Shown here: piece after piece, positions 27,479-39,915 of the stretch
Layout of the letters: each line of letters starts with the position of its first letter
Position numbering within the stretch: position 1 is the stretch's first letter
Assembly: GCA_965644295.1 (NCBI GenBank)
Contig: CBFFRP010000066.1
Location: forward strand, 434,001 to 498,000
DNA from: Paraphysomonas bandaiensis
Lineage: Eukaryota; Protista; Chrysophyceae
Direction of reading: 5' to 3'
DNA: 64,000 bases
Made by a program: the position numbers and the translations under genes
Notes under the pieces: generated by a model
Told to the model about the DNA's origin: nothing
Databases searched by the model: none
Seen by the model: the letters and a program-made list of their open reading frames with translations, nothing else

Positions 27479-28988
27479 ATGAACCCCCCACCTCTTCTCC
27501 CCCCCTCTCCCCCTCCCCATAAACGTCTATGTCTCGTCATCGGATCAGGCGTAGCAGGCATATGCTCCGCGTATGAGTTATCTAAGAAAGGCTATCATGT
27601 TATCGTGTTAGATCGATCCAATCAAGTGAGCAGAGAATGCAGTCGAGCTCCCGCAGGAGGGATGCAGAAGATGAACCCCTCTATCAATACAGGCATGTGG
27701 ATATCAGCCGCACGATCTCTCTTGCCTCATATAGCCAGACAATCAGACTCATATGATTCCTTTCGTTTCTTTCGTATCAGTTGGATGAAGGCACTGTCAG
27801 ATCCTCATTTCATAAGATGGTTTGCTATGTTTTCTTATAGTAGTTTGATTGAATCGAAAGCCTCTCAATCATATGCATCGAAACATATGCTGAAGTTCAC
27901 TGAATGGGCAGTGGATGAGTTTAATGGGTTTATGGAAAGTGGTAATGGGGAACTTGCAAACAAGGCTGGTCTCGTTCACACTGGAGCGATGAAGCTTCTG
28001 TATGGGCATGACGCTTTTGAAAGGGCTCAAGCTGATCCCCGATGGTGTGCGGCTGATGCTGAGAAGAATGTAGTGGTGGACCGTGAAAAGCTACTTCAGA
28101 TGGAACCTTGGCTTCGTCACCTACGAGCTAGCAAGGAGCCACTCGTAGGAGGACTATTTCAAACTTCTGCATCATCTGCGGATTGCGAGGGACTAACTGT
28201 TGCGCTTGCTCAGCGTTGCCAGGTTGACTACGGCGTAAGGATAGAGCACGACACCAAGGTTGAGGGATTCGATGAGAGTAGTGGGCGAATTAGCGCAATC
28301 AGGACTAATAGGGGCACGATAAATATTAATCCTGATACCCCTGTTGTGGTCGCGGCTGGCTCGTGGACTCCGGTTATTTTGAGGAAGCTGGGGTTGTTTG
28401 CACCAGTGTATCCATTGAAAGGGTACAACTTGTTGATGAAAGTAGACCATGGTATTCATAGTGACGATGACCTACCAAAACGCATTGTGGCAGATGACTA
28501 CATGTGAGTATGGGCGCCCTGTGTATGTTGAAATAAGCTGCTCATTTCTGACATTTTCCCTGATCAGGTACACCACACGTCTGAATGACATCGTTCGAGT
28601 AGCCAGTGTGGGAGAATTCAGCGGATGGGATACTCACCCTGATTGTGCTGTAGAGGCCGATTTGAGACACCAGGTGAAAATGTTTATGCCCCATTTATCA
28701 GCTGCTGTAGACGGAGGTTCTGTAGTTTGCGGTCTACGTCCATTCGTCAGCGACGGGCTTTTGCTGATAGGGCAGGTGAAGGAAGTTGAAAACCTATTCG
28801 TTAATACTGGGCCGGGATTCAACGGTTGGAAATGTGCAATGGGAAGTGCTAGAGTGCTTGCCTCAATAGTTTCAGGTGATGAGTCATTGCTACCTGGAAC
28901 TTTTGACAAGTCAATTTTCGACCCCGAAAACAGAGTCAAGCGATCACGAGCTTTCTGTAAGTTTGTTGATATGCTTCGTGAGGATTAA
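27479..28988 (+). CDS. FAD-dependent oxidoreductase, DAO family (D-amino acid dehydrogenase DadA-like), 2 exons
   Basis: Rossmann motif VIGSGVAG, plus VVAAGSW, VYPLKGY, GLRPFVSDGLLLIG and NTGPGFNGW. Intron 28504-28567 (GTGAGT..CAG) joins the two ORFs in frame. Confidence 0.88.
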
Positions 28989-29625
28989 GCGCTTGCGATC
29001 TACTAGTATTCAATGATAAAATTATGAGGTGTATGTTGAGAATACAGACTGACAAGAGCTACTTGAGCCAACTATTGCTAGCTGGACGTGATGATTTATA
29101 TCTCATTCCCAAACTTTTACATGTGCATGAAATGTAGTTATCAAGTCGTCGCTTAATATTGATTTATAATACGTGAAGCAATGCCCAGAACTGAATAGAC
29201 AATTCTTGTTTGTAGAACTTTTGAAATTCGGCTATAGAAGCTGGAGCAATTCTTAATAACTTGGAATGAATCTATGCTACAGTCCTGTTGGGAATCGTTA
29301 TACGTATGAGTACTACGGACTATGGATGTACTACATTGAAAATTAAAATAATTCTAAAATAAGAGGTGCAAATAGTATATCACACATAGGTATGTAATTT
29401 ACAGCCATTGCTCAATATGCTACCACAAGACATACAATAGTAAGATATTTCCATGTTTACTGATAGAGTAACCCAAAATAATATAGAACCTAGAAACTAT
29501 TCAGGCTAAAGAAAATGACGAATCAGAGCAATAAGTAGCAGCATATTTATCTACACTTCTGCCGTATGTATGGCAGTAGTGAATGTCTTATTATTAGCAA
29601 TATAGGCGTTTAAGAGTCGGCGCTT

Positions 29626-29807
29626 AACTCTGATATCTTACTATTTAACGCTACGAAAGCTGCTTGAGCGTCACCGCAAGCATCAACTTTCGCTCTATCA
29701 CTCAAGGCAAGCGCAGTGAGCAAGCAGAATATTGATATATACCTGTCATCTGCTGAGTTCTTAGGTGAACGTCCCGGATGCTTGACTTCAGCAGGCAGCC
29801 CAATACT
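29626..29807 (+). mobile_element. Dispersed repeat family, copy 3, 5' half
   Basis: AACTCTGATATCTTACTATTTAACGCTACGAAAGC...CAGCCCAATAC aligns with 1-190 and with the reverse complement of 3840-4105. Confidence 0.7.
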
Positions 29808-29968
29808 TCATCAGATGTCACATGAACGTTATAAGAAATGTATAGATTAATAGTTACAACACTTTCTCGGAAGTACATTCTGTTCTACAAAGTAAGTTCA
29901 AGGTTTATTTAGTACAAGTTCAACTTCAGTGATATGTCGCACTCTATTCTATATTTCTCCGGGAAAAA

Positions 29969-30137
29969 CTAACGTGAGCCGCATAATATACAGTCTTGGC
30001 AGATAATTTTCTGCCCACTCATAGCCAAATGCTTTTGTGGTACAAGGGACACTAATGTCACTTGTGTAGACGTCTTTGAGCCTTGACGAATAAACAATAA
30101 ACAGGCATCCGGGATCCGGGAGTGGGCTCACCTCAGG
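29969..30137 (-). mobile_element. Dispersed repeat family, copy 3, 3' half (inverted relative to its 5' half)
   Basis: Aligns directly with 3665-3828 (TGAGCCGCA, TTCTGCCCACTCATAGCC, TGTCACTTGTGTAGACGT, CACCTCA). Confidence 0.7.
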
Positions 30138-30589
30138 CCGGTGTGCGTGAGCACACTCACTCTTCATATCAAACAACCTTATTGTCTATGGTAACTACTA
30201 ATGGTGGGAATCATAATTACTAATGATCTTTCGAAAAGCTGGTTACCCATTACATTTATGACATTTCAGTTTTCAGTTCCACTGCAACATATAACTTCAG
30301 AATCACCACTTTTGTTGTGTGACTATCATCAGACATTCTTACGCCGATACACACAAATATGTTAACTCCTTCAGTTAAAATTTGCTTTTATTTTAGTTGT
30401 CGTTTTGCATGCGTTGTATAGATCAAATATTCGTATACAGTATTATAATTCTATATTATATACTGTTTCGCACCAAGATGTAGTAACTATTGAAATACTT
30501 CATCAAATAGTACATGCAATTCATAAATATTATTTAAAATTGTACTATTGTAAACACCACGACACATTCGTTTGAAAAGACTACTACTT

Positions 30590-33500
30590 TTAGGCATTAA
30601 CTTCCTTCAGTATTTTCTTTTGTCTTTGAGTCGATTTATTCGAAGCCTTCACAACTTCGAAATCATCTTCGATATCACTCTCTTCGGCGTCATCCTCATC
30701 CGAGTCCCATTCCTTAGCCTTCCGTACAGTCTTCGCTTTTTTTACAGTCTTCTTCTTAGGAGTCTTGGTTGTGGGCTTATGGGGAACAATACTGTCTAGA
30801 GGAGATATGTTCTCTGTGTTATCTCCGTTCAACACAGCAGTGACAAATTCATCAAACTCAGCGGCAGCTTCTTTCACATCCACTGCGCCCTTTACAGTCT
30901 TCTTGGCTTTGCTAACCACCTGGCGGAACGACTCAAGGATGGTCTTATCAAGTAAACTATCCTTCATTTGTCTAATACAATAATGCGTCAATTACGTACA
31001 CTAACAACTTGCAATTGTGACACACCTCAGTAGTTCCGTCATGCGCTTAACACCTTTGTCTGTGATAGGCAGCCTAGAAATGCAGTACGCAAGATTCCTT
31101 TTCTGCTTCATGCTGTGTGCGGCTGTGATGCGCATTAGTAGTCTCTCCAGTAAGCTATCTGCTTGCCTGCATAGACGACTAATAAGCAACTGTCAGCATG
31201 CTACAATAAACAACTCACTTGTCTTTAGTGACAAAAGAAAGTAAAAATTGCATTGTTGTCTGGAATTCCTCAGTAGTGAGAGGCCTATGCTCATGAACCA
31301 CTCCAGCAATAGCCTCTTCAACAACGGCTCCTTCAATTGAATCAACCACGTCGTTTTCTACAGCCCCGTCTCTCGACAGATTTCCAATGACATCTCCAAG
31401 CAGATTGTAGACTGGATTGTTTGATCGCTTCGAAAGCTCAGTGAAAAACAGCCTAGCAAGGGACTGGATTTTGTCCGACTCATCGACTAGGCACATCACC
31501 ACGGCACTCACCTAAAATAAAATTAAAATTCATCATAAACAGATGGCCATTCAGATAAGCCTCGATACCTGTCCCTTGACTTTAATCATATCGTTCAAAA
31601 TTAAATGTGTTAAAACCATCAAAGTATTATAGCGCACAAGTAGCATACTGTCACTGAGCCTGGAATATAGATGAGAAGTCCATGGTTCAATTTCATTCGG
31701 AAATCTAAAACATAGATCTCCCGCAGCAATAATCATCGAAGTGCGAATACGCTCACATGATTCCCTCTCAAGTACAGTAAAAAAAAGAGGGAGGTATTTT
31801 TGACAGAGGATAGAAGATACACTCATGTATCGACAAAGTGACAAAACTGCAGTTTCACGGATAATAGGATGTGCGTAATGTCCGTTGGCATTGGCCACAA
31901 TATATGCCACCATTGGGTGAAACTTTCCAAGGATATTATTCTCGTTACATACCAACTCCAACTCAACAATACTATTGAACTCCTAAAAAGCAAAAAACAT
32001 TAAAGCTGCTCTGGTATTTATACAGTCATAAACCACACCATACCTTCTCGTGTTCGGCATCTGCAGCGGCAGCCATGCCCATCTCTTCTTCCATGGCTTC
32101 CACGTCCTGATTCGCCTCGTAGTCCCCCTCTGCTGAGACAGCAGATGCATCTTCTTTAGGAGCTAGTTTCGCACGGGCCTCATTGGCCTTCTTTGCAAGA
32201 TTGGCAATTTTTTCAGTATAAAGAAGTGTAGAGAGAGCACCCTGGCCCAGCATGTAGACCAATCGGGCAAGTCGACACAGAGAAACAACAGAATGTTCAG
32301 CTGACTCAATACCATCACAACAGGATGTATGCCATGATGAATACATGCACGTAATCAACTGACTGAGCGCCTCATCCGGACATGGATGACAGTGATATAA
32401 TGCGTATACACTTTCTTCACAAACAGCAAACCACCCCCTAAAGGATTCTTGGTGAGAAAACCGTTAGAAGGATTTACAGCAACACACCTGGTCGCGGATT
32501 CTGTGTCAAATCTATTGAGTCTGTCACTCAGCACCGTCAGTAGTCTTTCACAGGCAGTCATCAGAGAAGATTGTATTTCCTGAATTTCACTACTGCTTGG
32601 TTTTGTAGCACAGCTAATATAAGAGGGAGCACATTGCAAACACATCGCCGCAGCACGCATTGCCTCTGTATCCAATTCAACTCCCATTTCCAAGCAGGAC
32701 GTACATAAAAATCTAATTTTAGAAGCCCCAAAAATGTCCTCAGAGGCATATTTGGAAATCATACGAAGAACAAGCAGCGGTCCATGGAGAGTAAGGCTTG
32801 GTCCTGTAGAGTCGGAGACACTGTTTCCCTGAGTCCGCTGCATGTGAGCATTGACAGCCTACAACATAAAACAGTTACATATGACCACTCCGTGTCCAGA
32901 CAACCAATTCGCCTACCATTTTCCAAAGACACTGTATCACTCCAGCCGAGTCCGACACTATCTTACGGTTGAATAACTCACCAACAATCTTCTCAAACGA
33001 AGTAAGATCGGAGTCACTACATTTTAGACAAAGTGTCACAAGGTTGTGCGCAACCTCAGCAGGAGCCAGAGCACGACCTCCGTTTTCTCCACCATCAGTG
33101 ACAAACACGTTTACAAACGTGTTTAGACACTCCATTTGGATGCTTTCCTCTTGATGCCAAATAAGAGAGAATGAGCTGTGTGAATAACCAGTAAGCATGT
33201 CTCAATAGCGAGCATCAAATACACTGACCTTTGTAGACATCGAGCAGAGCCACTAACACCAAAGTTAACAGCCCTTGAAAAAAACCTGAGCGCCTCGATT
33301 ACGTCAGATGAAGTTCTCGATGCAATCATTCCCTCTATAACTGGCACTGATGAGTCAATAGACTGTAACAGCTCAAGACAGGAAATGCACTTGCTCAATT
33401 CAGCACTGAGAGCGACGATCTCAGGGTCGTCTTGAAACTCCATCACTTCCTGACTCTCAGTTTGCGTTTCTGTTACATTATCCTCACTGGGCTCAGGTTT

Positions 33501-35450
33501 AATGTCCCGTTCATCACCCGTCTCACTTTCAGCAGCAGAGTGTTGAGACACCACCTGCATTCTGTCTTGCAGTCTCTTTTCTAGCTTATCTTTCAGCGCC
33601 CTGTAGTGATCGATATTAAGGCTCCCAGAAAAAGGATTGAAATCCAGCAGAGCAGTCATCAGGGCAACCGCACCCTTCCTAACTGCTGCCGTCTTGTCCG
33701 ACATACGATCCAGAGCCACTTCTGCTACACTTCCTATGCGTACCACTGGCAAGGCCTCATGTTCAACTAAAGATACCCAAACCTTCAAGACAGCTGCTCG
33801 TGTGAACGCATTCACATCTCGTGTCCGCTCCACGAGTATATCCAGCATGTCGTCCCTTAATCTAACAAGAGACCGAAGGTTTACTCCAGAGGCCTCATCA
33901 TCAGCAGACTGCTGGTTTAAGGCATTGCTGCACTCCCGGTAGATGAACCCAATAGTAAGGCCCATTGCAGTTACAACTGCACTCCTGTTCACGTAACCAC
34001 ATCAAACAAGCGATAAATCCATTATAGGACAACAAGGAAGCACAATCTGTACCTAATCTGATAAACTTCAGAGTCTAAATGGTTCATGACCAGGGGCAGG
34101 TATGCTGTCACCACGCCAGGAGAAGATTCAGCAAGTGAGGTCAAAAAGCATCCAACATTTTTCACTCCTGCACCGCCGCTCTTACTCAACTCACTCATAT
34201 TCATACGACCAATTTCGCCCATTATCTGATAAACAAGAGTGCTGAGAAAAATAACATGAGTCGATTGTGTATGCACCTCAGAGCAAATCTTTCCACAGGC
34301 GGTTGATTTAGCACACAAATCTGCGATTTCACTGGTCATATGTTCGTATCTTGTCATGGAGTCAACCAAGGAAGTTACAAATGCTGTCAGACCACCACTC
34401 TGTGAGGAGCCTGCATCGAGATGTCTCGCGCTGTAGGCAAGAAGGGAAGAACACACTTTACGATTCGCCACTTCAACCTTTCCAGTGCCAGCAATTCCCT
34501 CAGGCTTGCTTTCAAGTAGGTCTAACGGATACCTCCAGAAAGCCATCAAGAAGTTCTCATGAACAACTCCCATAGACCACAACCGGGACTGATCCACTGA
34601 TATGAATTTAAACATAAACTCAAGGCAGATAGCACGCCACTCTTGCCATTGAAACGAACCCGCTTTGGCTGATTTAGATTTGCCACGTGACTTAGTAGTC
34701 GTTGCTGTAGCAACGCTGCCTTTGAAAATATTTTCCATTTTATGACAGAAATTTACCAAAAAGTACGTTACAATCTTGGTAGAATTTTTGCTTGTTGACG
34801 AGGACTCATCCGTCAATGATATATCTAGCATCTGACTGGCAATATCAAATATGGATTCGATAACATCCCGTTTCTGATTGTCAGACAGTTGTGGTAAGAA
34901 ATTAATGACATTGAATATAGTGTCAATGTCACTCTGCGTGAGTTTCTCAATCGACTTAATATCTGTGTTAACGTATTAGAGCAGTGCTTATAGCAGCTGT
35001 ACAGCAGACATGAACATAGCTATATATGTGTATCTATATCAATAAAACTGTGTGTATATGTGTATATATAAGTGTATCTATAAGTATGTACGTATATGTA
35101 TGTGTCTATCAGTGTGTGTATGTATCTATCAGTGTGTGTATGTGTCTATCAGTGTGTGTATGTAAGTGTGTGTATGTATCTATCAGTGTGTGTATGTAAG
35201 TGTGTGTATGTATCTATCAGTGTGTGTATGTGTCTATCAGTGTGTGTATGTAAGTGTGTGTGTGGCTATGTGTACCTTCAATGAACGGCTCGACGCTATC
35301 CGGCAAATCACTCCATTTATCTTCCACAAAAAAACTACATTAATATCCATAAATATCAACCTATTCGTGCATGCAGTGGTGTTACCCTGACTGCTCTGTC
35401 TGTTGATCGGCTAGATCATTAAAGTTTTGAGGGAATTTGATCTCACTCAT
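30590..35450 (-). CDS. NCAPD2: Condensin I complex subunit 1 (CAP-D2/Cnd1), multi-exon
   Basis: ERTRDVNAFTRAAVLKVW, DRMSDKTAAVRKGA..LLDFNPF, and Cnd1 domain IIAAGDLCFRFPNEIEPWTSHLYSRLSD..VRYNTLMVLTHLILNDMIKVKGQ, ARLFFTELSKR. A start exon MSEIKFPQNFNDL at 35450 splices in frame through two introns. Confidence 0.93.
35095..35265. repeat. Intronic TG-rich tandem repeat (~20-bp unit TATCAGTGTGTGTATGTRTC with variants)
   Basis: Repeated units visible directly inside the second NCAPD2 intron. Confidence 0.8.
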
Positions 35451-36154
35451 ACTTATAGTGATTATAATGCACTGTAATGCAACCAAACTCTACCTCAGTG
35501 TTAAGTTAGTTAAACAGAGGAGAGGATTGTATTAATATGGTGTAATTGAAGTGGTAATGATAGAATTAGATGAGAGAGTTGAGAGGCCATCATCTTACGG
35601 TTAGTTCTATATGTTAGGTGCGTATATGAGTGTATACATACATACATGCATTCAAATTCACAACTGAAATCTGATGATTCCAACGGTCACATATATACAG
35701 ACATCACCAGCGGCAGAAGGTTGTTTTTTTGAAGTCGTTACCTATAAATTCCAATTTTTTAGAGTTTAAAACCTGATTTTAGGGGTTTCTACTTACACTA
35801 CTGTATATACTGTATCAGCACATCATATGTGTATATATCAGTCCAAGAGGAAGTTGTGTTGTGATAATACAGTCGATGTATACCACCGTATATCTTGTCT
35901 TGAAGAACTTTACTCAGAACACTGCAGAAAACATCCTACATACACACTCCTACATACGCATACGCCTACATACATATAGACACACACGACTCTGTATGCT
36001 ATGGATGTGTACGTACATAGACTCGACGTGTACATATATATATATACACACCACTCTCCTCATACAGAAACAATCCCGTAAACACACTCAAACGAATCCA
36101 TCCAATACCAATCCATGACCCCCCCGTTATCCTCTCGATACCCCTGATCCCCTG

Positions 36155-38555
36155 ATGGAGACAGATAGCAGCAATAAGGTCCTCCGTGAGAGTTTAGCTT
36201 ATCTTATCGGATATTTCGTGTCGACAGTCTCTCATGATACAGATGAGTGGATTGCATGGGGAGTTCCTTACATCCGTCTATGTGTAGAGTCTCTAGATCT
36301 AGATAGTGACCTCACAGACAAGATACGCTCCACGTTTATGGGCTCTATCGGTCATATAGGGTCCTCTATAGGGTCGGTAGGGTCCCGTATGTCTCTATAT
36401 GTATACGCAGATGAAGACAATGAATGGACTCATATCAGACCACTACACACTTATCTTGAAGAGATATCACTTAAGCTTGATCAGTGGGATGAGAAGTTGA
36501 TATTGTCGTTCTTCCTGCAGGCGATGTCTCGTATGAGTGCTAATGGCTATGACGCAAGATTCCGTGTACTGCTTGCGCATAGGATATGTCATATGTTTCA
36601 GCTACCAGTTGACGCTGTAAAGAGGATCGAAACTACTGCCGTGACTACAGCGGGGGGCGTACCAGCCTTCAAAACGGCCCCAGAAACTAAAATAGGTACA
36701 TGTGGCCGTGTTTTGTAATAGTCCCAACGGATTTGTGTCGTACACTGATGTGTCTGATTGGTGAAGTTCTCTCATAATTTGTTCAGGTGAAAGTGTGGGA
36801 ACATTTCGCGCCTGGAAGGTTGGATTTGCAGCTGCCTCTGGAGGAGCACTGATGTTCTGTGCAGGTCCTGATATACTCTATTGTGTGTGATGTTAAACTC
36901 TGAGTATATTCCTTGAGGTTTTCTTTCAACTCATCTTTTTAACGCTATGTGTCGCTACAGGAGGTATGTCTGCACCAGCCATTGTGTCATCTATACTTAC
37001 ACTAATGGGGACGAGCGGTACAACCAGTACCCTGGTTATTAACATGACATCCCTTCTTACTCACTACGGTATCCGGGCGCTCACGTCAGCCATGACAACA
37101 ATGGGGGCTGGAGTAGCTTCTTGGAAAATGTTCAGGCGTACAGATGCACTACGGTACGTACATGAAGTTTAATTGCTGTAACAAATCCAGTGTGTTTTAT
37201 TTGATTTATACATTCTGAATCTGGAAGGATACGGGTTGTTTGTCCTTAATCATATTTACGATGTTGCTGTTGGTCTCTTATATATGTTGAGCAGCGAGTT
37301 CCTATTGGAGCCCCTTCAACCCCCCCGAGTGACCCACATGTCTGAGTCTACTCTCATGATCGGTGACAGTGGATCATCTGTCCCTGATATCAGTGCAAAC
37401 GACGGCGTAGGGGTATATATACTAGTTCCTGGACATTGTAGCGAGAAGGCAGACTTGCAAGAGCTTTGGGGCTGCGACATGTATCTGGAAAAGGCACTTG
37501 AAGACGATGTAAAAGTCGGTGTAAAAGTTGAAGTACAGAACGAAGGGAACATTGAAGTCAAAGCAGCAGTGGCGGTTGAATCGTGTGACGTCTCGGATTC
37601 GGACGATACAAATAACGAAAACACTGGCAGTATACCCACCGAGGATTCCTCAAGTTCTGGGGAACAAACACTGGAAAATAGTTGGGCGAGTTTGAGCCAG
37701 GATATATGTGGACGGCAGATAGGATGGTGGAGATCAGTTATGTCGGAATCTCTGTCTGGCGACCCTTATGTGCTGCATTGGGACATGGCTGCAATGCACC
37801 GCCTGTACCACGCCCAGCGCGATTTTCTACTCGACAAGAGTGTACACCTCGCTGCTGAAGAGCTCCTGAAGCTCGCCTCACCTGTCTTTTGCGCCGCAGC
37901 CTTACCTCTGGCTGTGCTTGAGCGTGCATCGGAGATTGACTGTCCGTGGCTTGTGGCTATGGATAGAGCAGAGCAAGCTGGAAAACTTCTTGCATCGGTT
38001 CTCCTGAACAACAAGGAAAAAGCTGACCTATCAAGTAGTTCGAATGACATATCTCCCACTTCGAATAGGCCAGTGACCTTAATCGGGTACGGCATGGGAG
38101 CTAGAGTTATATTTCACTGTCTTAACTCCTTGGCTGCTGAGGGAGACAGAGGACGGGGTATCGTTGAGTCAGCTGTGCTGATTGGAACTCCAGTAGGCAC
38201 TCATAGGTCGGAGTGGGCCGCAGCTAGGCGGGTAGTGGCCGGTAGGCTGGTGAATTGTTACAGCACCCACGACTGGTTTCTTGCCCTTATGTACCGCTGC
38301 AGGAGTTGGGATGTGGGAGTAGCTGGAATTCAACCTGTATATTGCGATGCTAGTCACTCCGTGGCTCTGCAACCTTTATCAGAGACGTCAGGTGCCCTGT
38401 CAACAACCTCGAGTGGCCCACGCATGCACATACCATCTCCTGATGAAATGCCTCCAGTGGGTGATATCGAGAACATCGATATCACACATATGGTGCGATC
38501 GCACGTCGACTACGCTGATTCTCTCGTGACCATTCTTGGTCGTGTGTTCTCTTAG
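36155..38555 (+). CDS. TMCO4: TMCO4/DUF726 family membrane protein, multi-exon
   Basis: YDARFRVLL, WKVGFAAASGGAL, PWLVAMDRAEQAGKLLA, RPVTLIGYGMGARVIFHCL, RRVVAGRLVNCYS..DWFL and IENIDIT..VRSH.DY. Confidence 0.85.
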
Positions 38556-39915
38556 TAGAAGAATACGACTTGGATGAGGTACATCAGGTTAAGATGGAGA
38601 AGTTGCTGTGAAATGAAGTTTGTTGATACATATTGTCATATATTTGTGCGTTTCATGCAAAGCCAATCGTCACGAAACATGGAAAAAACACACATCCTAC
38701 TTACTTTTGCTTGCGTGTGTGTTCGTCGGTTATAAATATTGGTACCATTTAGTTCATTACTATCTAACATATAATATGCCTTATGTTTTTGAGTACTCTT
38801 CTTTTCTCCATGCATGTGGCCTAGTTTAAAATTACGGTGCTTCATTTACCAAATCGTATAATATTGAAAAGTATAAAATATTATTGAGTGTAGGTATACA
38901 ACATTGGCCATAAAACGAATAACCTTTCGCTTCTTAAGGCACTTTTGCTTATTGGGTTTTTGTATATGACAGCAATTGAAAGCTCTAGTTACAATGTATT
39001 TAAATTATATCCGTTACGAGTAGTATGCAGTTGTTGCTAACTGTATTATGAGAGCTAAAAGGGATCTATTTTTCAACCTTGTCAAATTTCAACTCCTCAA
39101 AATCACTACCGTCATCGAAGTCGCCAGTATCTTCGTCTGAAATAACCAATACGGCCGCTTTTCCAGAGAACTTGGAAGATCCGACGATGTGTCCCCCGGA
39201 GTTCTGCCAACGACCTCGTCGACCAACACGTCTTCCTCTGAGGACTGTCTCAAAGAATCCATAACTAATTAGATATATATGTACTAAATGGCTTCAAGTG
39301 TCTTTTATAATACAGCAGATTACTTGACCTCGGAATGCTTGTTTATATGCTCTCCTTCCTCCAAGCCACTGTTATTTCGGAGCAAGAATATTTCAGCTTT
39401 GATGCATCAAGTAAACTGCAAATCCTTTCAAGATGCGATTTGGTTTTCAAACCAGTTGTTTTCAGTATGTAGATTGGTGTGTAAGAGGTTGTAGCGTGTT
39501 GTTGTCATACTTGTGCCTCATAATTCATAGTTGAATAAGTGTTGCTGATAGTCCCCCAGAGAGTAAGATTTCATCGATGTTTTCAAAGGTAACTGAAGGC
39601 CATGCATAGAGATTGTGTTGATGACTCATGATATAGTAGTATAGTAGTGAAACGGAATATTTAGTGACTAGTGACCATGCAGTTTAGTAAAACATAAGAT
39701 CGTACGAGAAATGAGTGGTAGTAGAGATATCATGAAATTGGTGAGTAATAAGAGATATTGGTTATAATTTATAATATTGTGATATAGACTGAAATAATGT
39801 TCCGTTATGTCATTTTCTAACATTGCTTGTAGTTTTACAGTTCGACTGTAAGGTTCAAATAATCGGCTACGCTCAGTTATATAGTTACAAATACATATAT
39901 TCTACTTTAGCTATG

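Noticed and set aside
39066-39630. Protein-like acidic fragment on the minus strand (..VISDEDTGDFDDGSDFEELKFDKVEK)
   Set aside because: No coherent exon chain or family motif.
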